Shown: positions 1 to 12,300 of the stretch, in pieces
Numbering within the stretch: the stretch's first letter is position 1
Layout: every line of letters starts with the position of its first letter
Source: Nitrospirota bacterium
GTDB lineage: Bacteria > Nitrospirota > UBA9217
DNA length: 64,000 nt
Reading direction: 5' to 3'
NCBI GenBank assembly: GCA_963737155.1
Contig: CAVTRN010000002.1
Location: forward strand, 1,568,001 to 1,632,000
Program-made: the position numbers and the translations under genes
Notes under the pieces: model-generated
What the model was told of the DNA's origin: nothing
Database searches by the model: none
What the model saw: only the letters and a program-made list of their open reading frames with translations

Positions 1-160
1 ATTTATTGAGGCCGCAAACGCTAAAGCAAGAAATGTAATTCGCCGCGCATACGGTTATCGAGACAATGCCTATCTAGATTTGAAGATCATTCAGGCCTGC
101 ACTCCCTGGATGAATCGATTCCATCCGTGGTCTTTTACCCACAGAAGGGTGCCATGAGCC
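1..160 (+). mobile_element. 3' end of an ISL3-family insertion sequence (transposase C-terminus, truncated by window edge)
   Basis: Frame 2 reads FIEAANAKARNVIRRAYGYRDNAYLDLKIIQ..., stop at 155-157; this resembles the ISL3 C-terminal 'E..N.K.K.I.RRAYG(F/Y)R' motif. Ends in GAGCC (ISL3-type terminus) followed by AT-rich DNA. Confidence 0.7.
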
Positions 161-202
161 GATTTTAATATAATAAAGCGAGAAAAACCGAGGAGATACT
201 CT

Positions 203-352
203 ATGTCCGAAATGCGCGAGCAAAAAAAGGACATTGAGGCGTTCAGCAACGGCGTTTTCGACATTGCCAAAAAACCAGGCAGCAACTATATGAACGCTGA
301 TGCATTTCGTAGCGTTCGCGATTCCCTTCCTGTCCGTTGGTTTGAGCACTGA
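203..352 (+). pseudogene. possible TMEM175/DUF1211-family remnant
   Basis: RBS AGGAG at 191-195; MSEMREQKKDIEAFSNGVFDIA resembles the TMEM175 signature R(I/L)EAFSDGVFAIA, then the similarity breaks off. Confidence 0.3.
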
Positions 353-807
353 AGTTTGCCTTTACCTGGCAGTGTTCATCAGGTTCAAGGGCTAGCCGTC
401 GCGGCATTGACCTTCGTTGCTGTGCGTGGTCCTTTCCCTATCGTTTGCATCTTAGGGTAAGCGATGCTATAATTTTATCATTTAATCAAGCATTGCTGGA
501 AAAAACGCTGCATCAGTCGTCAGGAAGGTGCTGTAACTTGTCATTGAAGGGAAATCACTCTTGAAGCCGCAACCAGTCTCCATGTGGGCGAGAAAATCGT
601 GGAGGCCTTACGCCAGCGAATTATAAAGAAAATCAAATACACATGATAGCTGCTGATGGGGCTGATCTGAAGTGAGTTTAATGCACAAAAAATCACTTTG
701 AATTTGTCTGATAAAGGAGGATCTCTTTGAAGACATCTTGATCGGCCCAAAACATAACAACTGGGTACGGATGAGGGAAAGTTGACAGCTAAAGGAGGCA
801 GTATTCT

Positions 808-1164
808 ATGAAAATTATTAACATATTGTTTTTTCTGAGTTTAGCATTGACATCAGTATTAGCTAGTTTTAATGCCTATGCCACTGATCAACAAATTTGT
901 CATTCTGGATCAAACGTTTTACTCTATGACAACGGATCACTGAAAGCTTGCCAACTCGAACATGATTACGAAGCGAATGGCATCCAATGTAAAGGTAATG
1001 GTTCTGTTAGTTTTTATAACAATGGCAACTTAGAATCTTGTGTGCTCTCTACGTCGGTTACCATAGACGGGAATAACTGTAGGAAAGATGGTCTAATTTC
1101 TTTCTACATCGATGGCAAACTGAAATCATGCATGAAACCAGATAGTAACTATTCAGTTCCCTAA
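808..1164 (+). CDS. secreted Cys-repeat hypothetical protein
   Basis: RBS GGAGG, signal peptide, three ~30-aa repeats C-x8-Y-x-(N/D)G-x-L-x-x-C. Confidence 0.7.
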   Translation: MKIINILFFLSLALTSVLASFNAYATDQQICHSGSNVLLYDNGSLKACQLEHDYEANGIQCKGNGSVSFYNNGNLESCVLSTSVTIDGNNCRKDGLISFYIDGKLKSCMKPDSNYSVP

Positions 1165-1529
1165 TAAGCGTGTGAGATAATCTTGCTGAATCCGGAAGAC
1201 CCTCCTTGCTTAATGATCGTGAGTCACTTGCAAGAAGCTAACGCTTTCCGGGTGTTTTTTCAACGTATTTCAGCCCATAGTATCGTGCCAATAGGCAACC
1301 TTATCAAGTCTCACCGGTTAATGGGTATATTATGATTGGCAATGCAGTGTTGCAGATGTTTCTCTCAAAAAAAACTATCATCTATGGAAGTTATAAAGAA
1401 GGATAGATGAGAGTGCAAAACATACCAGATTTATATGGTAGCCGGCAGGCGAATTGGCCCGTCCTATACCAGAACCCATGATAACGACACAACGGGAGGC
1501 TGGTATCGGAAGTTGCCAAGCATGCAACG

Positions 1530-1786
1530 CGAAGCTTATCTGGGCCATCCGTGAGGCGCTGGCATCGCAGGCCGACACAGCCATTGTTCCTGTGCAAGAC
1601 CTTCTGGAGCTGGGGTCGGAGGCGCGAATGAATTTTCCCGGAATTGCGAAAGGAAACTGGCAATGGCGCCTGAAGGATGGCGCACTGACCCAGGAACTCG
1701 CGCAAAGACTGCGAAGCATAGCTGTAACGTATGGGCGCCTGAGGAGTGGTGATGCCCCGTCAGACTCCTCGGTGTCGGGAAGATGA
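1530..1786 (+). pseudogene. malQ: 4-alpha-glucanotransferase (GH77) C-terminal fragment
   Basis: AIVPVQDLLELGSEARMNFPG...GNWQWRL is the MalQ C-terminal signature; the N-terminal ~400 aa are absent. Confidence 0.85.
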
Positions 1787-1897
1787 CTCGACGCCACAGA
1801 TCGCGAAGAGGGCCTAGACAGGATGCTGAACTTATCGGCCTGGGAAGACTTTTTTGTTTAATCAGCATACGCTAGGTCTGATAGAAATGATTAAACT

Positions 1898-3740
1898 TTG
1901 GAGGGTCAAATGGAAGAAAAAACTCGCGCAATGGCAAAACATTCGGGCATGGGGGCCACTCCCACTGCAGAGGGTGTGACCTTTCGCGTATGGGCGCCTC
2001 ATGCCGAAAAAGTTTACGTGACCGGCACCTTCAATGGACTGGAACGAGACCTCGACACCTCTGGTGAGCGAGCAGAACGGTTACTGGTCGATTGATGTGC
2101 CAAAGGCAAAAAAAGGAGACGAGTACCGATATCTGATTCACGCCCCTGCTGATTGGAATCTCCCGCCTCTCTCTCGCATTGATCCTTATGCCAGAAAGGT
2201 GACGAACTCAGCGGGCAATGGAATTATCTATGATCCTCAAGCCTTCGACTGGGGTGATGATAACTTTCACATGGCCACGGGGAATGAGCTTGTCATTTAC
2301 GAGATGCATATCGGCACCTTTAACGTTAAAGAGAAGGGACACATGGGCACGTTCGATAGTGCCATTGAAAAATTGCCTTATCTTCAAGAACTGGGTATCA
2401 ATGCCGTCGAAGTGATGCCGATCGCGGAGTTTGCAGGCGATTTTTCGTGGGGGTACAATCCGGCTCATCCCTTTGCTGTCGAAAGCATTTACGGTGGACC
2501 GGATGCCTTTAAGCTCTTTGTTAAAGCAGCCCACGAGCATGGTATCGCTGTCATCGTAGATGTCGTTTACAACCACTTTGGCCCGTCTGATCTTGATTTG
2601 TGGCAGTTTGACGGGTGGAGCGAAAATGGGAAAGGGGGAATCTACTTTTACAATGATCACCGCTCGCAAACACCCTGGGGCGAGACGCGCCCCGATTATG
2701 GCCGGGGCGAAGTGCGCCAATATCTGCGCGATAACGCACTGATGTGGTTCGAGGAGTACCACGCCGACGGCTTACGCTGGGACATGATAACCTATATCAA
2801 AAGTATTGACGGTAATGACGAAAATCCGGCCAATGACATTCCCGAAGGCTGGAGCTTGATGCAGTGGATCAATGAGGAAATCCAACAACGGTTTCCCGGC
2901 AAGATCAGCATCGCCGAAAGCATGCAGAATAACGCCTGGGTCACCAAAGATGTCGGAGCGGGCGGCGCAGGCTTCAATGCGCAATGGGATGCCGAATTTG
3001 TTCATCCCGTTCGCCAGGCCGTTATTGCTCGTGATGATACCTCCCGCGATCTGGGGGCAGTCAGTAAAGCTATTGAGCATCGCTACGATTTAGATGTCTT
3101 TCGGCGGATCATTTATACCGAGTCGCACGACGAGGTCGCTAATGGCCGGGCCCGCGTGCCGGAGGAGATCTGGCCGGGAAAGGTGGACAGCTGGTTTTCC
3201 AAGAAACGCTCCACGTTGGGCGGTGCTCTTGTTCTAACTTCGCCCGGTATCCCGATGATTTTTGAAGGGCAGGAGTTGCTGGAAGATCGCTGGTTCCAGG
3301 ATAAAGTCCCGATCGATTGGTCCCGGGCTGAGGGACGAACACGGTATTCTCAGCATGTACCGGGATCTGATCGCCCTGCGGCGCAATCTGTCGGGTGTGA
3401 CGCGGGGGTTGTGCGGTCAAAATATCCATATCTATCATTTTGACGATGGAGCCAAGACTCATCGCTTTCCATCGCTGGGACAAACAAGGCCCAACCGATA
3501 GCGTCGTTGTGGTGGTTAATATGATGAATCAATAACCGCGATGGTTATCTCATCGGTTTTCCACGGGCCGGATTGTGGAAAACGCGATTTAACAGTGACT
3601 CATATAACTACGGCCCAAATTTTGCAAATCATCCCACCCCTGATGTCGAGGCCCATGAGGAAAAAATCGATGGGCTGCCCTGCTCCGGCAAAATCAGTAT
3701 CGGGCCATACACGGTGGTAATCTTTTCACAGGATGCATAA
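1898..3740 (+). pseudogene. GH13 alpha-glucan enzyme with CBM48 (branching enzyme/TreZ-like), frameshifted
   Basis: FRVWAPHA, VIYEMHIGTF, WGYNP, VDVVYNH, DGLRWD and ESHDEV motifs; single-base insertions near 2037, 3333, 3457 and 3533; stop at 3738-3740. Confidence 0.85.
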
Positions 3741-3784
3741 GATGATCGCCACTTCAGGTGGCAGAAGGCGATGACGGTGGCCAA

Positions 3785-4300
3785 ATGAAAAGAGCGATCC
3801 CCATCACGACCTTGTTTCTGGATAGCGGCGATGCCCTGCTCACCGATGTGTATGATCATCATGCCTGCAAGCGGGCGGGGATGAACTTCAAGATGGAGTT
3901 GGCCGAAATTTAGGCTCGGCATTACCTGACCTTCGAAGCCTATGAGGAAGGAAAAATCACGCTGGGAAAATATTTAGGTCTGGTGGTATTCACCAAAAGC
4001 AAGCGTTCACCCGGTCTCGGTTTTGGCGTTTCATGTTCGCCCAATAGAAACCATACCACGAGATGATCGAGTTGGTCCGCCCGCTTAAGACACAGTATAG
4101 ATTGAAGCTTGTCGTGGTCAGAAACGAAGCAACGGAGCTTAATATGTACCGGATTCGAAAGTTGAAGCTTGATGTATTTGTGGATTTATTCATTTCCTCG
4201 ATGTTCGTCCAGATCGCGGAAGGTTAGGGGATTCGTAGCATTCTTCACATGGATTACCGGTCAACGTGCGTGGAACTGACTTCGTTCGGATTGCAGAATA
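3785..4300 (+). pseudogene. HAD-family phosphatase pseudogene
   Basis: MKRAIPITTLFLDSGDALLTD resembles HAD motif I (LFLDIGGVLLT); in-frame stops and an internal deletion. Confidence 0.6.
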
Positions 4301-4744
4301 ACAAAAGAGTCGTCCATGAAACCAGCTAACTCACACATTCTGACGATCAATGGCGGTTCGTTGACGCGCTGTCTGCGGTCTTGATTTCTACTCATGCCTC
4401 TCAACAATGTCTGAGTTAGCAAAAAAATGGTTACTGGAGCACTAGGCAATGTACTCCAAGTAAATACCAACGGCTACGTCTAAGCCAATTAGACAGCCAT
4501 TCAAGGGGAAACAAACCAGAAAAAAAGGCTCAGAAGCATTCCTAATAGGCTGGGTGCACAGAGATTTTACAAACTTCATTAGTAGATGACAAAGAATGCT
4601 GTGCCTTCGCACCCGAATAAGACCGATAAGCAAGATCTAAAGGTTATTGCCGATAAATATACGCTTGGCTACGCCTTTCATACATCAAAACCAACCAGCC
4701 TCAGCCTGTAGAAATGATCGGCGTATGTAATCACAAAAGGCCTG

Positions 4745-5230
4745 ATGGAGGCACAAGGCATGCGGTTGCCCGTTTTTCAAGGGATCCTCCCCGTAAAAGG
4801 ATCTCAGGTGCTCAAAGATATCATTGCCGGTCTTACGCTTGCTGCCCTCGCCATTCCTCAGGTGATGGGCTACACAAAAATTGCAGGTACCCCGGTGATC
4901 ACGGGCCTCTACACCATCCTCATCCCAACGGTCCTTTTCGCCTTTTTCGGCTCATCCCGGCACCTTGTCGTTGGTGCCGACTCTGCCACAGCGGCCATTC
5001 TCTCAGGTGCTCTAACCGGGATGGCCGTGTCCGGGTCAGCAGAGTGGCTTGCGCTGGCAGAAGTTCTCGCGGCTCTGTCGGCTGTTTTCCTGATCATTGC
5101 CTGTATCATTCGACTGGGGTTCCTTTCGGATTTTCTGTCGCGAACTGTGCTCGTCGGGTTTCTGTCAGGCGTAGGCGTCCAAGTTGCTCTCGGTGAGATA
5201 TCGAGTATGTTAGGGCTTCCTGGAGGCGAT
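4745..5230 (+). pseudogene. SulP-family anion permease, N-terminal fragment
   Basis: DIIAGLTLAALAIPQVMGY...GLYT...FGSSRHLVVG...LGFLSDFLSRTVLVGF; only ~160 aa, no STAS domain. Confidence 0.85.
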
Positions 5231-5250
5231 ACGGCACAGAGCGTCAAAAA

Positions 5251-5316
5251 GCAGGAGAGGTTGCCGGCAGCGTCGAGGGCGTCAAAGAGGTGAAAAAAGA
5301 CCTGATTATAAAATGA
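5251..5316 (+). pseudogene. BON-domain protein C-terminal remnant
   Basis: Alternate frame AGEVAGSVEGVKEVKKDLIIK* matches the BON C-terminal 'A..VA..V.GV..V.N.L' pattern. Confidence 0.55.
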
Positions 5317-5434
5317 GTGTGTTACCTCATGTGATATGACGACCAGCTCCGGCATGTTTTATCGATTCTGTCAAACGATATAAACGACGTTGGCTAACGC
5401 TACTGCCAGCCATTGTCAAAGAAGGGAGGATGTT

Positions 5435-5584
5435 GTGTTGTGGACGATTGCTGTGGTACTGATACTCATCTGGATGTTAGGGATGGTGAGCAGTTACACG
5501 ATGGGAGGGTTCATCCATATTTTGCTTGTGATCGCAATTGTTGTGGTATTGATTAGGATCATCCGGGGACAAAAAATCATGTAG
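5435..5584 (+). CDS. small membrane protein, lmo0937/DUF5670 family
   Basis: RBS GGAGG; (M)LWTIAVVLILIWMLGMVSSYTMGGFIHILLVIAIVVVLIRII is the family pattern. Confidence 0.85.
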   Translation: MLWTIAVVLILIWMLGMVSSYTMGGFIHILLVIAIVVVLIRIIRGQKIM

Positions 5585-5634
5585 TTCATGGGAGACCTGA
5601 GACATATAGACGAACAACCTTCGCTGAGAATGAT

Positions 5635-5937
5635 CTCAAGAGGTCGCCGCGATTGTTCCTCAGACCACGCAGGGTCATCCAAGGTATGCCGTGTCACCCA
5701 TTTATACAGCCACGGTTTAGTTTTCCCCAGTGAAGCGCATATGCTTTGGGGACTTCACCTGTGAGATACCGCTGTACTGCTAATGCCCGTAGCTTCTGAA
5801 GCTTCTTTTTCATGAACACCTCCTTAAAAGATTAGGTGTCCATGATAAAGCAGTTTGTGGCTATTCGATTGTCAAAGAACGAAAGTAAACGATGTCCTGA
5901 ACGGAAAATTAGTAAACGATGTCTTGAACGTTGTCAC
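5635..5937 (-). mobile_element. IS481-like element remnant (left end plus transposase N-terminal HTH)
   Basis: Minus strand MKKKLQKLRALAVQRYLTGE..ICASLGKTKPWLYKWV (frameshifted); tandem GTAAACGATGTC(C/T)TGAACG subterminal repeats at ~5885-5930; homologous to 16480-16647. Confidence 0.65.
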
Positions 5938-6389
5938 CTAATGTTTAAATATCCCTACGGTCAGAAATATATTGAACAGGTTCTCTCAAGTAGGCAGGCA
6001 ATTACTCACAGGTTTGTTCATGGTGAAAAAGGCTGGTATCTGAATTCATCTATTGATATCCTCAAAAGGGAAGCAGTTACGGAGAAACCACAAGGGATAG
6101 GATGAATTGGTGTAGATGCGAACGATAAAAAGATTGCTGTTTCCGGAGAATCAGGGCGCGACCACCTGACGTTAACCGGCGGTAGCACTGTTCGACAGCT
6201 GTCATAGTTATTATAAATAAAATACTATTAGGAATGGTAAATCATGAATCCAGCCTTTCTTGGTGCATTTGGCGACTTTGCGCGAAAATCGGTCTTGATT
6301 CGAAAACTTGACTCAAAACTAAAGATCTTGGTTTGTAAAGTGCTTAATGACTTCGCAGGAACTTCGTTTTTCAGAAGGAGACCTCGAAT

Positions 6390-9300
6390 TTGAAGATAAG
6401 CAGCAACATCATTCTTGAAAAACTATCCCTTTTGTGGGCGAGGTTTCGCGGAAACAGCCGGACACAAAAAAGCGCTGACACCGAGCCACCGCTTCGATCA
6501 GAACTGTTCAGCAGCGATCAGATGGAACAGCATGGCAAGACCCTGGCGGGTTCGCATACGTTGGGTCCGGGACGTGCGCGCGATCGCCTTCTGACGCGGC
6601 TGGATGAGAATGAAGGCGTGCTGCTTGGGGTCCGCAACCTGCTGACGGAGGCTATTAAAGCTACCCGTCGTATTACGCCGGCCGGGGAATGGCTGCTTGA
6701 TAACTTCTATCTTATTGAAGAGCAGATTCGCACGGCCAGAAGACATTTGCCAAAGGGGTACAGCCGGGAACTTCCGCGACTGCTGAATGGCTCATCGGCT
6801 GGTCTTCCGCGCGTGTATGACATTGCGCTGGAGATTATCTCACATGGCGATGGGCGGGTAGATCCGAAGGGCCTCAGCAGTTTCGTGGCAGCCTACCAGA
6901 CAGTCACTACCCTGAAGCTAGGTGAATTATGGGCAATCCCCATCATGTTGCGCCTGGCACTGATTGAGAATCTCCGACGAGTTGCAGCCCGGATTGCCAC
7001 TGACAGGACAGACCGAAACCATGCCGATTATTGGGCGGACCAGATGACGGAGGTTGCCGGGAAGGACCCGAAAAGCCTCATTTTAGTGATCGCGGACATG
7101 GCGCGATCGGAACCACCCATGGTGAGTTCGTTTGTTGCGGAACTTACGCGCCGATTGCAGGGACAGGGCCCTGCTCTTGCAATGCCGCTTACCTGGATTG
7201 AGCAGCGGCTTTTCGAATATGGCCTGACGATCAAGCAGTTGGTGCAGTTGGAGAACCAGAAACAGGCCGCTGATCAGGTTTCGATGAGCAACAGCATTGG
7301 CAGCCTCCGTTTCCTGGACGCGATGGATTGGCGTGCGTTCGTGGAGACGATGAGCGTCGTCGAGCGGACACTGCGTGATGACACGGACGGAGTTTACGGG
7401 AATATGGATTTCACCACCCGTGACCGCTACCGCCACGTCGTGGAAAAGATAGCGAAGAGCAGCCGACTGTCCGAGAGCGAGGTGGCGCGCGAGGCGATTC
7501 AGCTTGCCCGTGTGAGCGCCGCCAGAAATGGCAGCGATGATCGCTCGGCGCATGTCGGCTTTTACCTGATAGACAAGGGACTGGCGCAGCTTGAGCAGCT
7601 TGCAGAAGTGCGCTTGTCTGTCTCTGAGGCCCTTCGAAAGTTGGGCTCACGGGTTCCTCTGCAGCTGTACATAGGCACGATCATGCTGATGACAGCGATC
7701 TTCACCGGGAGTTTACTGGCTAAGGCGCATGCCAATGGTTTATCTGGCTGGGCACTCGGACTGATCGGCACTCTCTCGCTTCTGTGCGCAAGTCAATTGG
7801 CAATAGCGCTGGTAAACTGGTTGGCGACATTACTCGCGACGCCGCACCCGCTGCCGCGAATGGACTTCTCCAAGGGAATTCCTCCGGAATTGCGAACTCT
7901 GGTAGTGGTCCCGACCATGCTTATAAGCACTCAGAATATAGAGGATCTGATCGAGGCGCTTGAAGTCCGGTTCCTTGCAAATCGGGACGACAGCCTGCAC
8001 TTCGCCCTGCTGACTGATTTTCGGGACGCGCGCGAGAAAATGCTACCGGAGGACGAACCGCTGTTGCGGCTGGCCCGGCAGCGGATCGAAGAGCTGAATG
8101 AAAAGTACAAGAGTTTAACAAACGACGCTTTCTTCCTTTTCCATCGTCCGCGCCGATTGAATTTGCAGGATAAGATTTGGATGGGGTACGAACGCAAGCG
8201 AGGGAAGCTTGCGGAATTAAATTCCCTTCTGCGCAGAGGGGCAAAGGGTGTCTCGAGGGAGCACTTTTCGCTCATTGTGGGTGAAACGGGCGTCTTATCG
8301 AACGTGAAGTATGTGATCACCCTTGACACGGATACTCAACTACCCCGCGAGTCGGCGTGGCAGTTTGTGGGAGCTATGGCGCACCCGCTGAATCGTGCGC
8401 AGTACGACAAAGACAAACAACGTGTGGTCGCCGGATACGGTATCCTCCAGCCACGCTTGGCCGTGAGCCTGCCGGGTACGAACCGGTCGCGGTATGCTCG
8501 AATGTGCGGGAGTGAGCCTGGCATCGACCCGTATACGCGCGTTGTCTCCGATGTCTATCAGGATCTGTTCCGTGAAGGCTCGTTCATCGGCAAGGGAATC
8601 TATGATGTTGATGCGTTCGAACAGGCGCTGGATGGGCGCTTCCCCGAGAACCGCATCCTCAGCCACGATCTTATCGAAGGGTGCTACGCGCGGGCAGGAC
8701 TGTTGAGCGATGTGCAATTATACGAAGAATACCCCTCTTGCTACAGCGCAGACGTAAGCCGCCGGCATCGCTGGATCCGCGGAGATTGGCAGCTTGTGCG
8801 ATGGCTGCTGCCGCGCGTGCCGGGCCTTGATGCGCGCTTTCAGAAAAATCCTCTCTCGTTCCTGTCCCAATGGAAGATCCTTGACAACCTCAGACGTAGT
8901 CTCGTGTCACCGGCGTTGACACTGCTGTTGCTGCTGGGCTGGATGGTCTTGTCATCGGTATGGATCTGGACCCTGTCGGTGATCGGCATCATCCTGGTTC
9001 CTTCTTTGATTGCCTCTGTCCTGGATGTGTTTCAGAAGCCGGGCGATGTGCTTCTCGGTCAGCACCTTGCTGTCTCGGCGCGTTCTATGCGCAGGCGTTT
9101 CGCTCAAGCCGCTTTTTCTCTCGTCTGCCTGCCTTATGAGGCGTTTTACAGTCTAGATGCGATTGTGCGCACCACGTGGCGGATGCTGGTAACGCACAGG
9201 CGACTGCTTGAATGGAATCCGTCGGGCGACCCTGGACGTAATAGCTGTATGGGTTTCGTTGCCGCTTGTCGGACCATGTGGATCGCCCCGGTCATCGCCA

Positions 9301-12300
9301 CTTCCACGGTGATCTACCTGGCGCTTTCGGGGTCGGCTGATATAGTAGTAGCCGGGCCTCTACTGGGTCTCTGGTTTATCTCCCCCGTTATCGCGTGGTG
9401 GATCAGCCAGCCACTCCCTCGAAGCGGAGCAAGGCTGTCTGCTGACCAGGCCCTTTTTCTCCGGAAACTTTCCCGAAAGACCTGGGCGTTTTTCGAGACC
9501 TTCGTCGGCCCGGAAGATCACTGGTTGCCGCCTGATAACTATCAGGAGCATCCCATTGCCGCGGTTGCACATCGCACGTCGCCGACCAACATGGGAATTT
9601 CGCTGCTCGCGAATTTATCCGCATATGATTTCGGATACATTTCAACCGGACAACTCATCGAGCGTACAACGAATGCTTTCCACACCATGGGGGCGTTGGA
9701 ACGACACCGAGGCCACTTCTTCAACTGGTACGATACGCAATCTCTGAAACCTTTGCTGCCCACCTACATTTCGGCGGTGGACAGTGGAAACCTTGCGGGT
9801 CATTTGCTGACATTGCGGCCGGGTCTGCTCGCACTTCCCGATCAAAAAATCCTGGGACCGAGATTGTTTGACGGCCTCAGCGATACCCTCATGATTCTCA
9901 TGGGGATTCTCTCGGATGCTGCAGAAGAAACCGCTCCGGGAGTATATGCTCCTACGGGGCTCGATCTCCTTCAGAAGGATCTGGAGTCCGCGTACAATTC
10001 CCCGCCAACTACGCTTATGGCAGTGCGGTTGTGTCTTGATCAACTAACAAACTCTGCCGAGGAGGTGGTCGCCAGTTTCAATACCCTTGATACCTATGGC
10101 GCTGGCCTTGATAATCAGGCTGCATGGTGGGCGCGTGCCTTTAGCCGGCAATGCCAGGCCGCCCTCGATGAGCTTTCCCTTTTCTTCCCTTCGACGGTTC
10201 TCGGTACTGACAAGATACCGACATTGCGCGAACTGGCAGGACTTGGCAACCAACGCGCCCTATCGATGATCCTGGCCATCGAACAACTTGCGTTGCAATC
10301 AGTTGAACTCAGCCGTATGGAATATGACTTCCTGTTTGACCAGGAGCGCCATCTATTGACCATCGGGTACAACGTGGAGGAACACCGGCGGGACGCGAGT
10401 TATTACGATTTACTTGCTTCGGAAGCAAGACTGTACAGTTTCGTGGCGATTGCGCAGGGACAACTGCCGCAAGAGAGCTGGTTCACCCTGGGGCGCCTGC
10501 TCACCACCGCCGGCGGAGAGCCGATCCTCCTTTCGTGGGGCGGATCGATGTTCGAGTACCTGATGCCGCTTCTGGTGATGCCGACGTATGAAAACACGCT
10601 GCTCGATCAGACCTATAGGGCGGTTGTGGCCACGCAGATAGAATACGGAAAGAAGCGCGGGGTACCGTGGGGCATTTCGGAATCGGGCTACAATTCGTTC
10701 GATGTCCGTCTTAACTACCAGTACCGGGCATTCGGCGTGCCCGGTCTGGGGCTCCGACGCGGCCTCGCCGGGGATCTGGTAATTGCGCCGTATGCTTCGG
10801 CGCTTGCGCTGATGGTGGCACCTGAGGAAGCGTGTCTCAACCTCGAGCGACTCTCCGCTGCAGGGTTTGAAGGAAAATACGGCTTCTATGAAGCGATCGA
10901 TTACACACCTTCGCGTCTCCCGCGTGGACAATCGAGCGCCGTGGTCCGGTCCTTCATGGCGCATCATCAGGGTATGAGCCTGCTCTCGCTGGCCTATCTG
11001 CTTCTGGACCGTCCGATGCAGAAGCGATTCGAGGCGGAGCCGGTGTTCCAGGCAACCATGCTGCTGCTCCAGGAGCGGGTGCCGAAGGCCACGGCGTTTT
11101 ATTCACACATTGCCGAGCTCTCCGACGTACAGGGGGCTTCGAGCGTCACGGAGACGCCGATGCGCGTTTTCAGCAGCCCGGATACGCCGATACCTGAAGT
11201 GCAGTTGTTGTCCAACGGAAGATACCACGTGATGATCACGAATGCGGGGGGCGGCTACAGTCGCTGGAAGGACATCGCCGTGACACGCTGGCGCGAAGAC
11301 AGCACCCGCGACAACTGGGGGACGTTCTGTTATCTCCGCGAAGTGGCGAGCGGAGAGTTCTGGTCAACCGCATATCAGCCGACGCTCAAAAGACCTGCCA
11401 ATCAATCGAATAACTACGAAGTGACTTTCTCGGAGGCGAAAGCGGAGTTTCGCTGCCGGAACCACGACTTTGACGCACATACCGAAATCGCTGTATCACC
11501 CGAGGATGATATTGAACTGCGCCGGATCACCATCACGAATCGCGCCCGGATACGCAGGACGATTGATGTCACGAGTTACGCGGAAGTGGTTCTCGCACCG
11601 CCTGCCTCTGATGCGCTGCATCCGGCGTTCAGCAATCTCTTTGTTCAGACCGAGATCGTCCGCCAGCAGCGAGCGATCCTTTGTAATCGCCGACCCCGCT
11701 CTCAGGGCGAGCAGCAACCGTGGCTATTCCATCTCATGGCCGTGCATGGGGTGGAGATTGGAGAAGTCTCCTATGAGACGGACCGCATGCAGTTCATCGG
11801 CCGTGGAAATACGACCGTTGATCCACAAGCGATGAGGGGGGTAGCTGGTTTTTTTACGGGGGCGCTCTCGGATAGCCAGGGCTCAGTGCTCGATCCGATT
11901 GTTTCTGTACGATATAGGATAACTCTCGACCCGGAAGAATCGGCAACGATCAATATTGTCACCGGCATCGGCGAAACCCGCGACGTGTGCTTGGGCCTTG
12001 TGGAGAAATACCAGGACCGGCATATCGCGGATCGTGTCTTTGAGTTGGCGTGGACACATAGCCAGGTGCTCCTGCGGCAGCTCAATGCCACAGAGGCCGA
12101 CGCACAACTCTATGGACAACTTGCCGGCTCGGTGATCTACGCCAATTCTTCACTGCGCGCCGGGCCAGGCGTCATCATCAACAACCGCCGGGGGCAATCC
12201 GGTCTCTGGGGCTACTCCATTTCAGGCGATTTGCCGATTGTGCTGCTGCAGATTGAAGATCCGGCCAATATCGACCTGGTGCGCCAACTCGTACAGGCCT

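Noticed and set aside
5836-6105. 89-aa ORF upstream of cgs
   Set aside because: It begins inside the IS481 remnant and has no recognisable family features.
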